From a virus (taxonomy: Duplodnaviria; Caudoviricetes), in IMG/VR virus record IMGVR_UViG_3300046779_000565, positions 1 through 36,665 of that record: 36,665 nt of DNA; one strand, written 5' to 3'. The translations under genes were made by a program, and so were the position numbers. Below are positions 7,846-16,780 of the stretch, piece after piece. Within the stretch, counting starts at the first letter, position 1. Each line of letters starts with the position of its first letter. The notes beneath the pieces were generated by a model. It saw only the letters and a list, made by a program, of their open reading frames with translations. It searched no databases and had not been told where the DNA came from.

Positions 7846-9562
7846 CTTTTAACTTCTTTAACTTCTCTAATAATGTTTCTGCTGGAACTAAGTTAGTTTC
7901 TTTTGGAATGATTATTGGGTCAGATTTTTCTTCATTGTCAAAGTCTCTCAAGTTTAATGTTTCTTTGGTCAGTGTTTTGTTTTTATCATATGCTACTGAT
8001 GATATTAGACTATAATCAAATTCTTGATATTGATCCGACAATCTTCTTACTTTCTTCTTTAGTAGATCTCCTGTGAAACTTCCTTGCCAAGTAATCTTAG
8101 TTCTTGCGTCTGCATTTTGTACATTTTTAATACCTTTTCGTGATAAAAAGTCATCGAACTTTTCACTGAACTTGTTACCTTTAATCTTGATATCAAGCAT
8201 TACTTCTGCAATCTGTTTCAAAAAATCATATGGTATAATGCCTTGATCCAAAAAGATTGGTAACACTTGTTCAAACACTTCTTGATATTGATCTTTTTGT
8301 TCTTCGATTCTTTTATCATAATCATCACCATGTAACGCAAGCAATGTAGTCATATTGTGACCGTCATGCTTTTGAACTAAGTGACTAAAATGTTTTGCAA
8401 TTTCTAATCTGTTCTCAACATATTCTGTTACAAAATACTCTACTAAAGTCTTGGTTTCGTGCAATGTAATATTATATTTCTTACTCAAATAATCAAGTAA
8501 AACAAGTTCAGTTGCAATGATTGACCATCTACGATCTTCACCACCGATGCCTCCTCCTACAAGTTTAACAATACCTGTGTTGTCAGTAACAATTAAACTG
8601 AAAGTTGCATCGACTGTATAAGCATTTACGCCTTTGGGTTCAATTCTGATTTCATTAGAACCTGTTGACTTCTTCATTGATGCGTGTGGAAATTGTTTTT
8701 CTTCTTCATCATCTAAGTTGATAATGATTCTACCTTCCCAAGCACTGTTAAAACCTCCTGAAAGTTCTTTGATATCACCTTTATATACTGAATTGGGAGT
8801 AAACAAACTAGCTAAGTATGCCATGAAGATACCTTTACCATTACCACCCGGTTTACCTGTGATGTTAAGATGTGGAATAGTGTGACACTTTTCTGGATGT
8901 AATCGTTTCATCACAATCCATTTTTCTAAGTGCTCAATATTTTCTTGTTTACCACCACACAAACAATAGAACAAATCATCAAACAAATCATTGTAATTAA
9001 TGTCTGTTGTTATTGGTGCCCAGAATTCTGACTGCACTTTCAAACTATTGAACACAAATTCTTCATTCCATTTGCTTGCGTGAAAGCTACTAGTTTTGAT
9101 TTGATAACTTTTACCTGCTTTCTCAAACACAGTTCGTAAGTCGTCCTCTGTAAAGTTGCTAAACTTACCTGGACTTCTTGCCATATTGTTTAACATACCT
9201 TTCAAATGTTGATATGTTACAGTTTCTTCTTTTAAGTTTACTCTGCGTGGATCTTTAGAATAGTCTGTGATTAACACATACTTACCATCACTTGCGATGT
9301 AAGCAATGTGATTGTCATTGATAAGATTCATTAATGAATCTTTTGCTGCACCTTTTACTTGCGATTCAATGTCCTCAAGTTCTTCAGACAATTGAGTAAT
9401 TTCTTGATTAGACTTATCAATCTCAGATTGTATTGCTTTTTTAACATCATCTGATTTTTCTTGTGCTTGCTTTTTAATGTACCTTCCAATATCATCTTTT
9501 AATACATTGATTCTAGCTCTAATGTTTGTAGCTGAGTTCTTTGGATTCAATGATTCGTTCAT
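7835..9562 (-). CDS. SF3 (D5/NrS-1/DUF5906-like) replicative helicase with N-terminal coiled coil (575 aa)
   Basis: Walker A GKPGGNGKG, Walker B IINLDDE, IEPKG..AY, motif C IVTDN, arginine finger DRRW. Confidence 0.85.
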   Translation of the reverse strand: MNESLNPKNSATNIRARINVLKDDIGRYIKKQAQEKSDDVKKAIQSEIDKSNQEITQLSEELEDIESQVKGAAKDSLMNLINDNHIAYIASDGKYVLITDYSKDPRRVNLKEETVTYQHLKGMLNNMARSPGKFSNFTEDDLRTVFEKAGKSYQIKTSSFHASKWNEEFVFNSLKVQSEFWAPITTDINYNDLFDDLFYCLCGGKQENIEHLEKWIVMKRLHPEKCHTIPHLNITGKPGGNGKGIFMAYLASLFTPNSVYKGDIKELSGGFNSAWEGRIIINLDDEEEKQFPHASMKKSTGSNEIRIEPKGVNAYTVDATFSLIVTDNTGIVKLVGGGIGGEDRRWSIIATELVLLDYLSKKYNITLHETKTLVEYFVTEYVENRLEIAKHFSHLVQKHDGHNMTTLLALHGDDYDKRIEEQKDQYQEVFEQVLPIFLDQGIIPYDFLKQIAEVMLDIKIKGNKFSEKFDDFLSRKGIKNVQNADARTKITWQGSFTGDLLKKKVRRLSDQYQEFDYSLISSVAYDKNKTLTKETLNLRDFDNEEKSDPIIIPKETNLVPAETLLEKLKKLKDAN

Positions 9563-9774
9563 CTGTTATTCCTATAATATATAGCAGCATCGTTTTCTGC
9601 TTTCTTCATTAAATTACTATTTTTTTTAACATACTGTTTAAATTCTTTTTCGGTCATTAAATCTTTTGCTTTCTTAAATTCTTCTGGACCTACATAAGCC
9701 ATTGCACTAACTTCATCATTGTCTTTCCTTAATAGTAAAAACACAATTACTAAAAATATAAAAAAATACAACAT
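9559..9774 (-). CDS. Small membrane-anchored protein (71 aa)
   Basis: N-terminal hydrophobic helix MLYFFIFLVIVFLLL; overlaps the helicase start. Confidence 0.7.
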   Translation of the reverse strand: MLYFFIFLVIVFLLLRKDNDEVSAMAYVGPEEFKKAKDLMTEKEFKQYVKKNSNLMKKAENDAAIYYRNNR

Positions 9775-9775
9775 A

Positions 9776-9946
9776 TTAGCTACCTAACTTTCTAATTTCA
9801 TCTAAAATCTGTTCCACTTGTTCGTCCCACAAATGATACAAATTAAAATTTTGTTTACGCAAATAATGTTCTCTAAAGCCAATCGCATTCTCTAATTCGG
9901 TCTGCAATCTAATAATAGTTAGTTCCGACAATTCAGTGTAGTACAT
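9776..9946 (-). CDS. Small helical protein (56 aa, MYYTELSELTIIRLQTELENA...), paralogue of 9933..10091
   Basis: Manually found ORF that fills the gap and resembles its neighbour. Confidence 0.65.
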   Translation of the reverse strand: MYYTELSELTIIRLQTELENAIGFREHYLRKQNFNLYHLWDEQVEQILDEIRKLGS

Positions 9947-10091
9947 TTGTATTCTTTTCCTTTTCTATTTTTTCTGTGATAAAGTCAATCTGTTCACGCC
10001 ATGCTTTTACCATATTCCAATCGCCAACCAAAGCGAAGGTTTCCAGATGCTCTTTAGCATCCTCAAGTTGAGTTAATAAATCTTTTTTCAT
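9933..10091 (-). CDS. Small helical protein (52 aa, MKKDLLTQLEDAKEHL...), first gene of the leftward early operon
   Basis: ATG 10091 has SD AAAGGA, so it is preferred over the track start at 10127. Confidence 0.7.
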   Translation of the reverse strand: MKKDLLTQLEDAKEHLETFALVGDWNMVKAWREQIDFITEKIEKEKNTNVLH

Positions 10092-10146
10092 TTCAGTTCC
10101 TTTAATATTGTTTCTAAGTATTATCAACGCTCTCTTCGCCTGAGAT

Positions 10147-10270
10147 GTAGCCCCGGGGGCGAACCCGGGGACTACTGTTTGACAATATTAGGAATAATAC
10201 ACATCGTCACAATGTGTATTGTATTTATCATTGATGTGTCAGCGCACACTTTTCCCATCAATGACAAATA
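10147..10270 (-). ncRNA. Structured leader or small RNA with three hairpins
   Basis: Stems at 10147-10175 (GC-rich), 10196-10220 (AATACACAT/ATGTGTATT) and 10222-10270 (15 bp; its single mismatch is G-U on the minus strand). Confidence 0.5.
10222..10229 (-). promoter_or_regulatory. T4-late-like motif GATAAATA
   Basis: Intergenic, immediately upstream of the 10196-10220 hairpin. Confidence 0.55.
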
Positions 10271-10271
10271 T

Positions 10272-10299
10272 ATTTTAACATAAGTATTTAGTATGTCAA
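10272..10299 (-). promoter_or_regulatory. Sigma70-type promoter TTGACA-N16-(TGn)TAAAAT with ACTAAATA embedded in the spacer
   Basis: Minus TTGACA TACTAAATACTTATGT TAAAAT, pointing into the replication operon. Confidence 0.7.
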
Positions 10300-10375
10300 C
10301 ACAAAAACACCCATTTAAGGGTACTTTTTTAGCCACTTTTACAAACTATATAGTACTTTAGTAGTATAATAACTT

Positions 10376-10723
10376 ATGAATTATAGCAATTTAAACTTAC
10401 ATAACATCACTGGTACACTGACTACCAAAACATTAACAGAACGAGATAAATTTTGTGAATACTATAGATGTAGTATCTTACCTACAGACAAAGTAGTAAA
10501 GTACCAAAACATTTTTAATAGTCCTCAGAAAATTTCAAATCCTGTACCATTTGAAACTTACAGTGAAGAAAAATTATTTTATGTTCAGATAACAGAGGGT
10601 ATGTTGCAAGACTTAATTGAACATACCAATAAGATGATTGAAGAATGTGAGATTAGAAGTAAAGATCCAAGATTGATGAAAATGTATAGTGAATACATTA
10701 CCTTTATGAATCTATTGAAATGA
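10376..10723 (+). CDS. Hypothetical protein (115 aa)
   Basis: One of only two credible plus-strand genes. TATAAT at 10365-10370 lies 5 nt before the ATG. C-terminal EE..IR...P.L.KMY..Y pattern. Confidence 0.75.
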   Translation: MNYSNLNLHNITGTLTTKTLTERDKFCEYYRCSILPTDKVVKYQNIFNSPQKISNPVPFETYSEEKLFYVQITEGMLQDLIEHTNKMIEECEIRSKDPRLMKMYSEYITFMNLLK

Positions 10724-10725
10724 TT

Positions 10726-10864
10726 GCCCAGATGCTACCAGTATATAGGAATATCATGCACGAAAAGAGAAGTAGCACCCGGGCGAAAATAGTGTAGAAT
10801 GCGAAACATAAAGGAATAATACTAATGGCATTAAGTAGTTATAAGAATTAGTCGCATCCTACAC
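10726..10864 (-). ncRNA. Putative ~140-nt double-hairpin small RNA with anti-SD/anti-AUG loops
   Basis: Two 13-bp stems (10726-38/10772-84 and 10792-804/10852-64). All three mismatches are G-U on the minus strand. GATAAATA lies 3 nt upstream of the first stem. Confidence 0.65.
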
Positions 10865-10867
10865 AAA

Positions 10868-10875
10868 TATTTATC
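10868..10875 (-). promoter_or_regulatory. T4-late-like motif GATAAATA driving the double-hairpin RNA
   Basis: Just past the stop of the holin-like gene, with no minus-strand gene recognised downstream. Confidence 0.65.
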
Positions 10876-11088
10876 TTACTTTTTGTTGTAAGTTTTTTCT
10901 TCTATCCTTAATATAGCGTTTTCGATACGGCTCATTTGCTTTTCTGATTCTTCTAGTTGCTTGTTTACAACAGCTACCTTTTTATCTATTTCAGTTACCT
11001 TTTCGTTCATAGTCAGGTAACCACCCCCACCAATTCCACAAGCACTGATAACGATCCAAGATAGTTGTTTTGAGGTAAAGTCTATCAT
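10876..11088 (-). CDS. Single-TM plus coiled-coil membrane protein, holin-like (70 aa from ATG 11088)
   Basis: LSWIVISACGIGGGGYL hydrophobic segment then heptad repeats; last gene of the structural operon. Confidence 0.55.
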   Translation of the reverse strand: MIDFTSKQLSWIVISACGIGGGGYLTMNEKVTEIDKKVAVVNKQLEESEKQMSRIENAILRIEEKTYNKK

Positions 11089-11089
11089 A

Positions 11090-13084
11090 TTAACTCGTTG
11101 GGAATGTAGTTGTGGGCGCTGTAAAGCTACTAGTATATCTAGCAACACCCTTTGTGATACGGATATCATCTAAGTAACCATTTAAGCCGTTTGCATTTGA
11201 ACGGTCTGATCCAACATACATGTTTTCAGTTTGATTATAGTTTGTACTATCTGTGTATGATGAACCTTCTTGCGTACCATTGATAAACATATAACCTGTT
11301 GTCCCTGAACGAGTAATAGCAAAATATGTCCAAGTTGTTGCGGAAATGGTAGTTGTGCTTGTTTTTAATGCAGTAGAGCCACTTGTCCAAACTAACTGAT
11401 TACTTGAGTTGATTTGTAATAGCCATCCTGTAGTTGTGCCACCCTTACAAATAATTGAATGTGTCGCACCACTTGCGTTTCTATATACCCACCCCTCAAT
11501 AGTGAAGTCACTAGATAAGAACTGTAAACTAGTACTATTTGCTATGTTTTGATATCCAGTTGCAGTGAATGCAATAGATTGCGTACCAAATTTCTTTTGT
11601 TGAGTTGATATAACAGCGTTTGTAGTTGAGGTAGCTATTGCTCTGCCATAAGCACTTAAGTCTTGGAATGCACCAACTTGTGCAGTAATTAACAAACTTG
11701 TAAAACTTGTAGCAGTTAATGGTGTTGTGCTAGGAGTGAAAGTTGTAGTGTATAATGCTTGACCATTAGTCAATCTAATGTTTGAAGCGTAACCGTTCAT
11801 GTAGTTACCAACAGTATCAGCCTGACTACCTATAATTACACGACTAGCAGCATAGTTATTGCTATCACTATATGTTGATCCGTCTTGTGTTCCATTTAAG
11901 AACATTTTAGTGCTTGTGCCGCTTCTACATACTGCAACATGATACCAAGTACCTGTAGTCAGTGTAGCTGCTCCTAAAATTCTGTCACTGTTGCTTACAA
12001 AATATCTTAAGTTACCACCTGAATTTAGATATAATGTAGGTATAACTGCGTTTGCAGTTCCGCTGTTTCTTTGGTCAATAATATATTGTGTTGTACCAAT
12101 AGAGTTAAAGTATACCCAAGTTTCTATAGTAAAATCACCTGTACCATATGTGAATGCTGTGTTAGTGGCCACAGTTAAGTATTGTGCGCTTGCACTAATT
12201 AATGAAACACTTCCTGGATATGTATTACCAAAAGGAGACAAACCTGCGTATAATGGAGTATTAGTTGATGTTACTGCTAATCCATTCCATGCTTGGTTAA
12301 TGAAAGGTGTATTTCTAATTAAGCCTTGATTTGTAAAGTTTAACAATCCACTTGTACCAGAAATTGCAGTTAATGGACTTGTGCTTGGCGTGAAGTTACT
12401 TGTGTAAACAGCAGTACCTTTTACAAGTCTCCAGTTACTTATATAACCCCACCAATATCCTGGGTCAGATTTATATCCAACCTCTAATACATTAGTTGCG
12501 TTACCGAAACTTGCACTAGCGTTAATTGTTACTGGGGTACCTGCTACGCCATTTAAGTAAGCCGTAACAGTTGTTGTACTTGAACGAACTAATGCAACAT
12601 GATACCATGTATTAACTACCATAGTGCTGGGCCAGCTTGCGTTATAGTCTAAGTTACTTGGTACTGGTGTTTGAAAGTTAAATGCTGTAGGTCTAACACG
12701 GAATATCTTCCAAGAACCACCGCCCCAGCCCATAATAGGCATGTAACCACCAAAGTTAACACTAAAGTTAGTTACATAAACCCATGCTTCAAATGTAAAG
12801 TTACCTGTACCTAAGTCCCAAGCACTGTTAGCTGGCATTTCCATCCAACTGGCACTACCATCATAATACATACTTGCACCTGCACCACTACTAAATGGTG
12901 TGCGTAAGTTTGGTCTGATCGGTGTACTGCTTGCACCACGAAGTGTTATTGAAAAATTGTTTGTACTTGCGTCAGCAAAACTAGTTTGAGGTGTTTCAAA
13001 ATTTTCAAGAAAAGAAACATTATTCCAATATGGATCACCACCAGCAATATCGTAATATCTAAAACCGCCTACGGCTGCGAACAT
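11090..13084 (-). CDS. Concanavalin A/LamG-domain adhesin (receptor-binding) protein with three LamG-like domains (664 aa)
   Basis: Three repeats of FTxExWVY...W.H(VA)..R...Y/F.NG...GY....R. Confidence 0.85.
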   Translation of the reverse strand: MFAAVGGFRYYDIAGGDPYWNNVSFLENFETPQTSFADASTNNFSITLRGASSTPIRPNLRTPFSSGAGASMYYDGSASWMEMPANSAWDLGTGNFTFEAWVYVTNFSVNFGGYMPIMGWGGGSWKIFRVRPTAFNFQTPVPSNLDYNASWPSTMVVNTWYHVALVRSSTTTVTAYLNGVAGTPVTINASASFGNATNVLEVGYKSDPGYWWGYISNWRLVKGTAVYTSNFTPSTSPLTAISGTSGLLNFTNQGLIRNTPFINQAWNGLAVTSTNTPLYAGLSPFGNTYPGSVSLISASAQYLTVATNTAFTYGTGDFTIETWVYFNSIGTTQYIIDQRNSGTANAVIPTLYLNSGGNLRYFVSNSDRILGAATLTTGTWYHVAVCRSGTSTKMFLNGTQDGSTYSDSNNYAASRVIIGSQADTVGNYMNGYASNIRLTNGQALYTTTFTPSTTPLTATSFTSLLITAQVGAFQDLSAYGRAIATSTTNAVISTQQKKFGTQSIAFTATGYQNIANSTSLQFLSSDFTIEGWVYRNASGATHSIICKGGTTTGWLLQINSSNQLVWTSGSTALKTSTTTISATTWTYFAITRSGTTGYMFINGTQEGSSYTDSTNYNQTENMYVGSDRSNANGLNGYLDDIRITKGVARYTSSFTAPTTTFPTS

Positions 13085-15426
13085 TATGCGTATCCTTTAC
13101 TCAATGTAGCATAGTATGTAGTACCATCATAGAACACACTGATAATATCTATCGCACTTGCGGCTGTGCTTAAAGTTTTTGCACCACCTGCAAACTTCAT
13201 TGTTGAAGTTAAAGTTCTACCACCAGTACCATCTTGAGTAACAATAACAGTTGCACTTGAACCTGCAACAGCGTTAGCCATACTATTGAAAGTAAAACTA
13301 GCATTAGCTGTATATCTAAATATAGAACCTGTACTTAAGTCGGGTGTAATGCTTGTGCTTGTGTTTGCACTAGCTAGTACAGTTTCTTCATAAATCTTTA
13401 GTTGTACATTAGCTAAGTTGGCTAAACCTATAGTAGAGATGTTACCACCTGAGATGTTACCAGTAACACTTAAACTTGTTAATGTACCTAAACTTGTAAT
13501 GTTTGGTTGTGCTGAGTTTACAACATCTCCTGCAAAGTTTGCATAGTTAGCATTAGCTACTGTACCAGTAACATTTGCACCCGTAATAGATGTAAGTCCT
13601 GCACCATTACCGGTAATGTTTGTTACAGATAATGTGTTAGTAGTATTGTTAAATGTTAAGTTAGCACTAGCACCCAACGCACCATTGTCATTATAGAATA
13701 CTTGTGTGTTACTACCAGTAATAGTTAATGTTGATGCCCAACTTAAGTTACCAACACCATCTGTGCTTAACACTTGTCCAGAACTACCACCTGTAATTTT
13801 TACATTGCTGTTTGCACCTAAATTTACTGTTGGGGCTGATATTGAAACTGCATTAGCATCGTTTATAAACAATGAATTTGTACCACCACTTGCATTACTT
13901 CTACCAATATTACCAGCACCACTACCAGTAATAAAATTCAATGTTACAGTTCTAGGAGATGTGCCTATAATACCTGTTGGCGTATTCAAAGTAACATTTG
14001 GGTGAGTCAAGTTTCCGTCAAATGTAAAACTATTAGCACCTCCAAAACTGCTACCATTATTGAATTGAATGTCGCCAGTAACACCACCCACAATGCCAGT
14101 TATTGATGAACCATTACCACTAAAATAGTTTGCACTTACTAAGTTGCCACCGTTGATGTTACCAGCTGTAATGTTACCACTAACACTTAAACTGGTCAAT
14201 GTACCTAAACTAGTAATATTGCTTTGTGCAGCTTGAGTAACATAACCTGCATAATTTGCTACATTTGGATTACCATTAACCCATAAGTTGCTTGAGTTAT
14301 AAACCAATGCTTGACCTGCTACTGGGCTTGTAATTAATACATCGTGTAATTCATCAATTTCGTATCCATTATCAACTTTGACATAGATACTACCAACTGT
14401 TGTACTAACTCGTTCGATCCAACCTAAAACAACTAATTGGTCTGGTGCTACAGGTTTTGTAGTTGTGTAACCACCAGCAACTGTTGGACTTAAATAAACA
14501 GCGTTACCTGCTGTTAATCCGTTTGTGTTTAATTTGTATAAAGCACCACTAGTAATAATAAAACCTTCTGCGCCACTTGCAATTGATTCAGCTACAAAGC
14601 CAACAGTGCCAAAACTTGTTGCTTCGGTATCTGCTTGTGCTCTTTTAACACTAAGACGATTGCCTACTGCGCCAAATACATAAACAACTTCACCTTTGTT
14701 TAGTGTTGTTGCTTCTGAATTATGAACTCTGGCAAACTCTTGTGTACCAATTTGTTGTGTTACATTACCACCCTTCATTAGTAGTTCTAGTGTACCATCA
14801 CCATCGTCCCAATCTAATTGTGCAACAGTTGTTACACCTGGGCTGTTTGCTGTATCAAATGTAATTGAATCAACACTGGTGATATTACCTACAGTTAAAT
14901 TACCTGCTAAAGTTACTGTATCTGTTACATTATTAAATGTAAAATTTGCACTGCCTGCAAAATTACCACTATCATTATATTGAATTTGTGTGTTTGCTCC
15001 GCCTGGGCTTGCATTTCCGCCACCACCGGTTTGAGCAGTCCAAGTTAAATTACCATTACCATCTGTTTGTAATACATAACCATTTGTACCACCTGTTATG
15101 TATACATTTCCAACTGCTGCATTCACACCAAAACTATTACCTGCAAAGTTAGCATAATTTGCATTTGCAGTTGGCACGGAGTTTATATTAGCCCAGACAC
15201 CATTACCATACAATACATGGTTTGCATCATTATCATAGTTAGTAGTTGCGATGTTACCTATACCTACAACATTACTTACTGAAACTGAATTCGCTACATC
15301 AGCAACATTAGCGTGGTCTACATTACCACCAGTAATGTATTCTGGTTTAACTTCTGTTGGATTCCCATCAACATCAACATTGACGATTTGATAGAAATTA
15401 CTGTTTATTTGACCTCTTGTTGTCAT
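13084..15426 (-). CDS. Tail fibre stalk protein 2 (780 aa)
   Basis: Repeats ANYANFAG, ITSLGTLTSLSV, GYVLxTDGxGNLxW, QFNxxGxFxG. C-terminal DIISVFYDGTTYY domain. Confidence 0.8.
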   Translation of the reverse strand: MTTRGQINSNFYQIVNVDVDGNPTEVKPEYITGGNVDHANVADVANSVSVSNVVGIGNIATTNYDNDANHVLYGNGVWANINSVPTANANYANFAGNSFGVNAAVGNVYITGGTNGYVLQTDGNGNLTWTAQTGGGGNASPGGANTQIQYNDSGNFAGSANFTFNNVTDTVTLAGNLTVGNITSVDSITFDTANSPGVTTVAQLDWDDGDGTLELLMKGGNVTQQIGTQEFARVHNSEATTLNKGEVVYVFGAVGNRLSVKRAQADTEATSFGTVGFVAESIASGAEGFIITSGALYKLNTNGLTAGNAVYLSPTVAGGYTTTKPVAPDQLVVLGWIERVSTTVGSIYVKVDNGYEIDELHDVLITSPVAGQALVYNSSNLWVNGNPNVANYAGYVTQAAQSNITSLGTLTSLSVSGNITAGNINGGNLVSANYFSGNGSSITGIVGGVTGDIQFNNGSSFGGANSFTFDGNLTHPNVTLNTPTGIIGTSPRTVTLNFITGSGAGNIGRSNASGGTNSLFINDANAVSISAPTVNLGANSNVKITGGSSGQVLSTDGVGNLSWASTLTITGSNTQVFYNDNGALGASANLTFNNTTNTLSVTNITGNGAGLTSITGANVTGTVANANYANFAGDVVNSAQPNITSLGTLTSLSVTGNISGGNISTIGLANLANVQLKIYEETVLASANTSTSITPDLSTGSIFRYTANASFTFNSMANAVAGSSATVIVTQDGTGGRTLTSTMKFAGGAKTLSTAASAIDIISVFYDGTTYYATLSKGYA

Positions 15427-15436
15427 CTTTTTATCC

Positions 15437-16780
15437 TTATAATGGTGTTACTGTTTGGGTTAAAGTACTACTTACAATAGTAAGCGGTGACGCAGAATCA
15501 TTCAATGTATATGCACTAGAAGTATCACTACCAGCAGTAACAGTCAATGAACTAGTAGATAATGTCAATGAGCTAGGCAAATATGTAAAACCTGCGTATG
15601 TACCGGTCAATGTACCATCATCAGGTAATACCCAGTTGTATGAATATCTAGGAGATAGTACTTTACTTAATAATCCAATCCATAAATTGTTGTTTTTCCA
15701 ACTTAAACCATTTATGCCTGGCCCAATCAAAGAATGGACTCCATCACTGTCATTCAACGAACGCTGCCAAACAATGTTGCCACTAGGAGCAATTTTAACT
15801 ACATACGCAATATTACTGCCACTATTGTATAATAAAATGTAAATGTTGTCACTTGAATCTATTGTCATACCTGCAATTTGATGATATGTACCAGAAAACT
15901 TATATTTCCATTTTAATGTACCTGTGTAATCAAACTTAAAAATATGTATTTCATTACTTACTAGAACACTTACATAGATGTTATCTAAACCACCATATTG
16001 GCGAACTATTTCAGCTTGTGTAGGAGCAGCACTAGTATTGATTTTTTGAGCAAAATCCACATAAGGAGGAAAAAACCAAGCGTCCCACTTTATTATATCA
16101 ATTCCATATGAACCAGATACATAGTCAATACTAACTATAGTATTATTATTAGTAATTCCATAAGCACTAGAATTAGCACTATTTGTTATTCGTCTTACAC
16201 CAGCATAAGTTCCATCAGGAGCATAGGCTGCTATTATAGGATATTTTACTCCACTAGCGTCTGCTTCACCCACCGCATATATCAATGGACTAACTTCATC
16301 TATTATTACCTGATAAAATCTACTACGATATGCACCGGTAGGTACTAATTGTCGTTGCCATAATAAATTTAATGAAGAATCAAATTTAGCAATAAATGCT
16401 TTAGCCAAACCACTACTTTCATCAAATCTACCTACAACATATATGTTGCCTGAAGAATCTATTGCATGTTTACCTAATAACACAGAATATGTGCCAGAAC
16501 CAGTTGAATATCTAATTAATTTTTGATTAGTTAGATTACCATATTCGTCAGTGGTTATAATAATACCATCTTCACCTTTTGATTCATCTGGGTAATAAGG
16601 GACATAACCAACAACTACAGAACTCTTATCTGATTTTAATAACCCAGTCATTAAATTAGTTCTAGTAAACCCACTAGCCAACAAATATGAAAGTACATCA
16701 AAATAATATGGACCATTGCCCGTACCTGTAGTAGGTATAGCCATATTCTTCAAAATACCCATAGAATTTAATAATGGCAT
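15437..16780 (-). CDS. Beta-propeller putative receptor-binding protein (447 aa)
   Basis: Repeats IDSSGNIYVVG, AKFDSSLNLLWQR, IDSSDNIYI, KIAPSGNIVWQR. Confidence 0.8.
   Translation of the reverse strand: MPLLNSMGILKNMAIPTTGTGNGPYYFDVLSYLLASGFTRTNLMTGLLKSDKSSVVVGYVPYYPDESKGEDGIIITTDEYGNLTNQKLIRYSTGSGTYSVLLGKHAIDSSGNIYVVGRFDESSGLAKAFIAKFDSSLNLLWQRQLVPTGAYRSRFYQVIIDEVSPLIYAVGEADASGVKYPIIAAYAPDGTYAGVRRITNSANSSAYGITNNNTIVSIDYVSGSYGIDIIKWDAWFFPPYVDFAQKINTSAAPTQAEIVRQYGGLDNIYVSVLVSNEIHIFKFDYTGTLKWKYKFSGTYHQIAGMTIDSSDNIYILLYNSGSNIAYVVKIAPSGNIVWQRSLNDSDGVHSLIGPGINGLSWKNNNLWIGLLSKVLSPRYSYNWVLPDDGTLTGTYAGFTYLPSSLTLSTSSLTVTAGSDTSSAYTLNDSASPLTIVSSTLTQTVTPL

Noticed and set aside
10147-10175. tRNA (GGGTTCG on the minus strand)
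   Set aside because: No cloverleaf or acceptor stem; it is a simple GC hairpin.
10179-10184. Plus-strand TTGACA -35 box
   Set aside because: No -10 element at 16-18 bp spacing.
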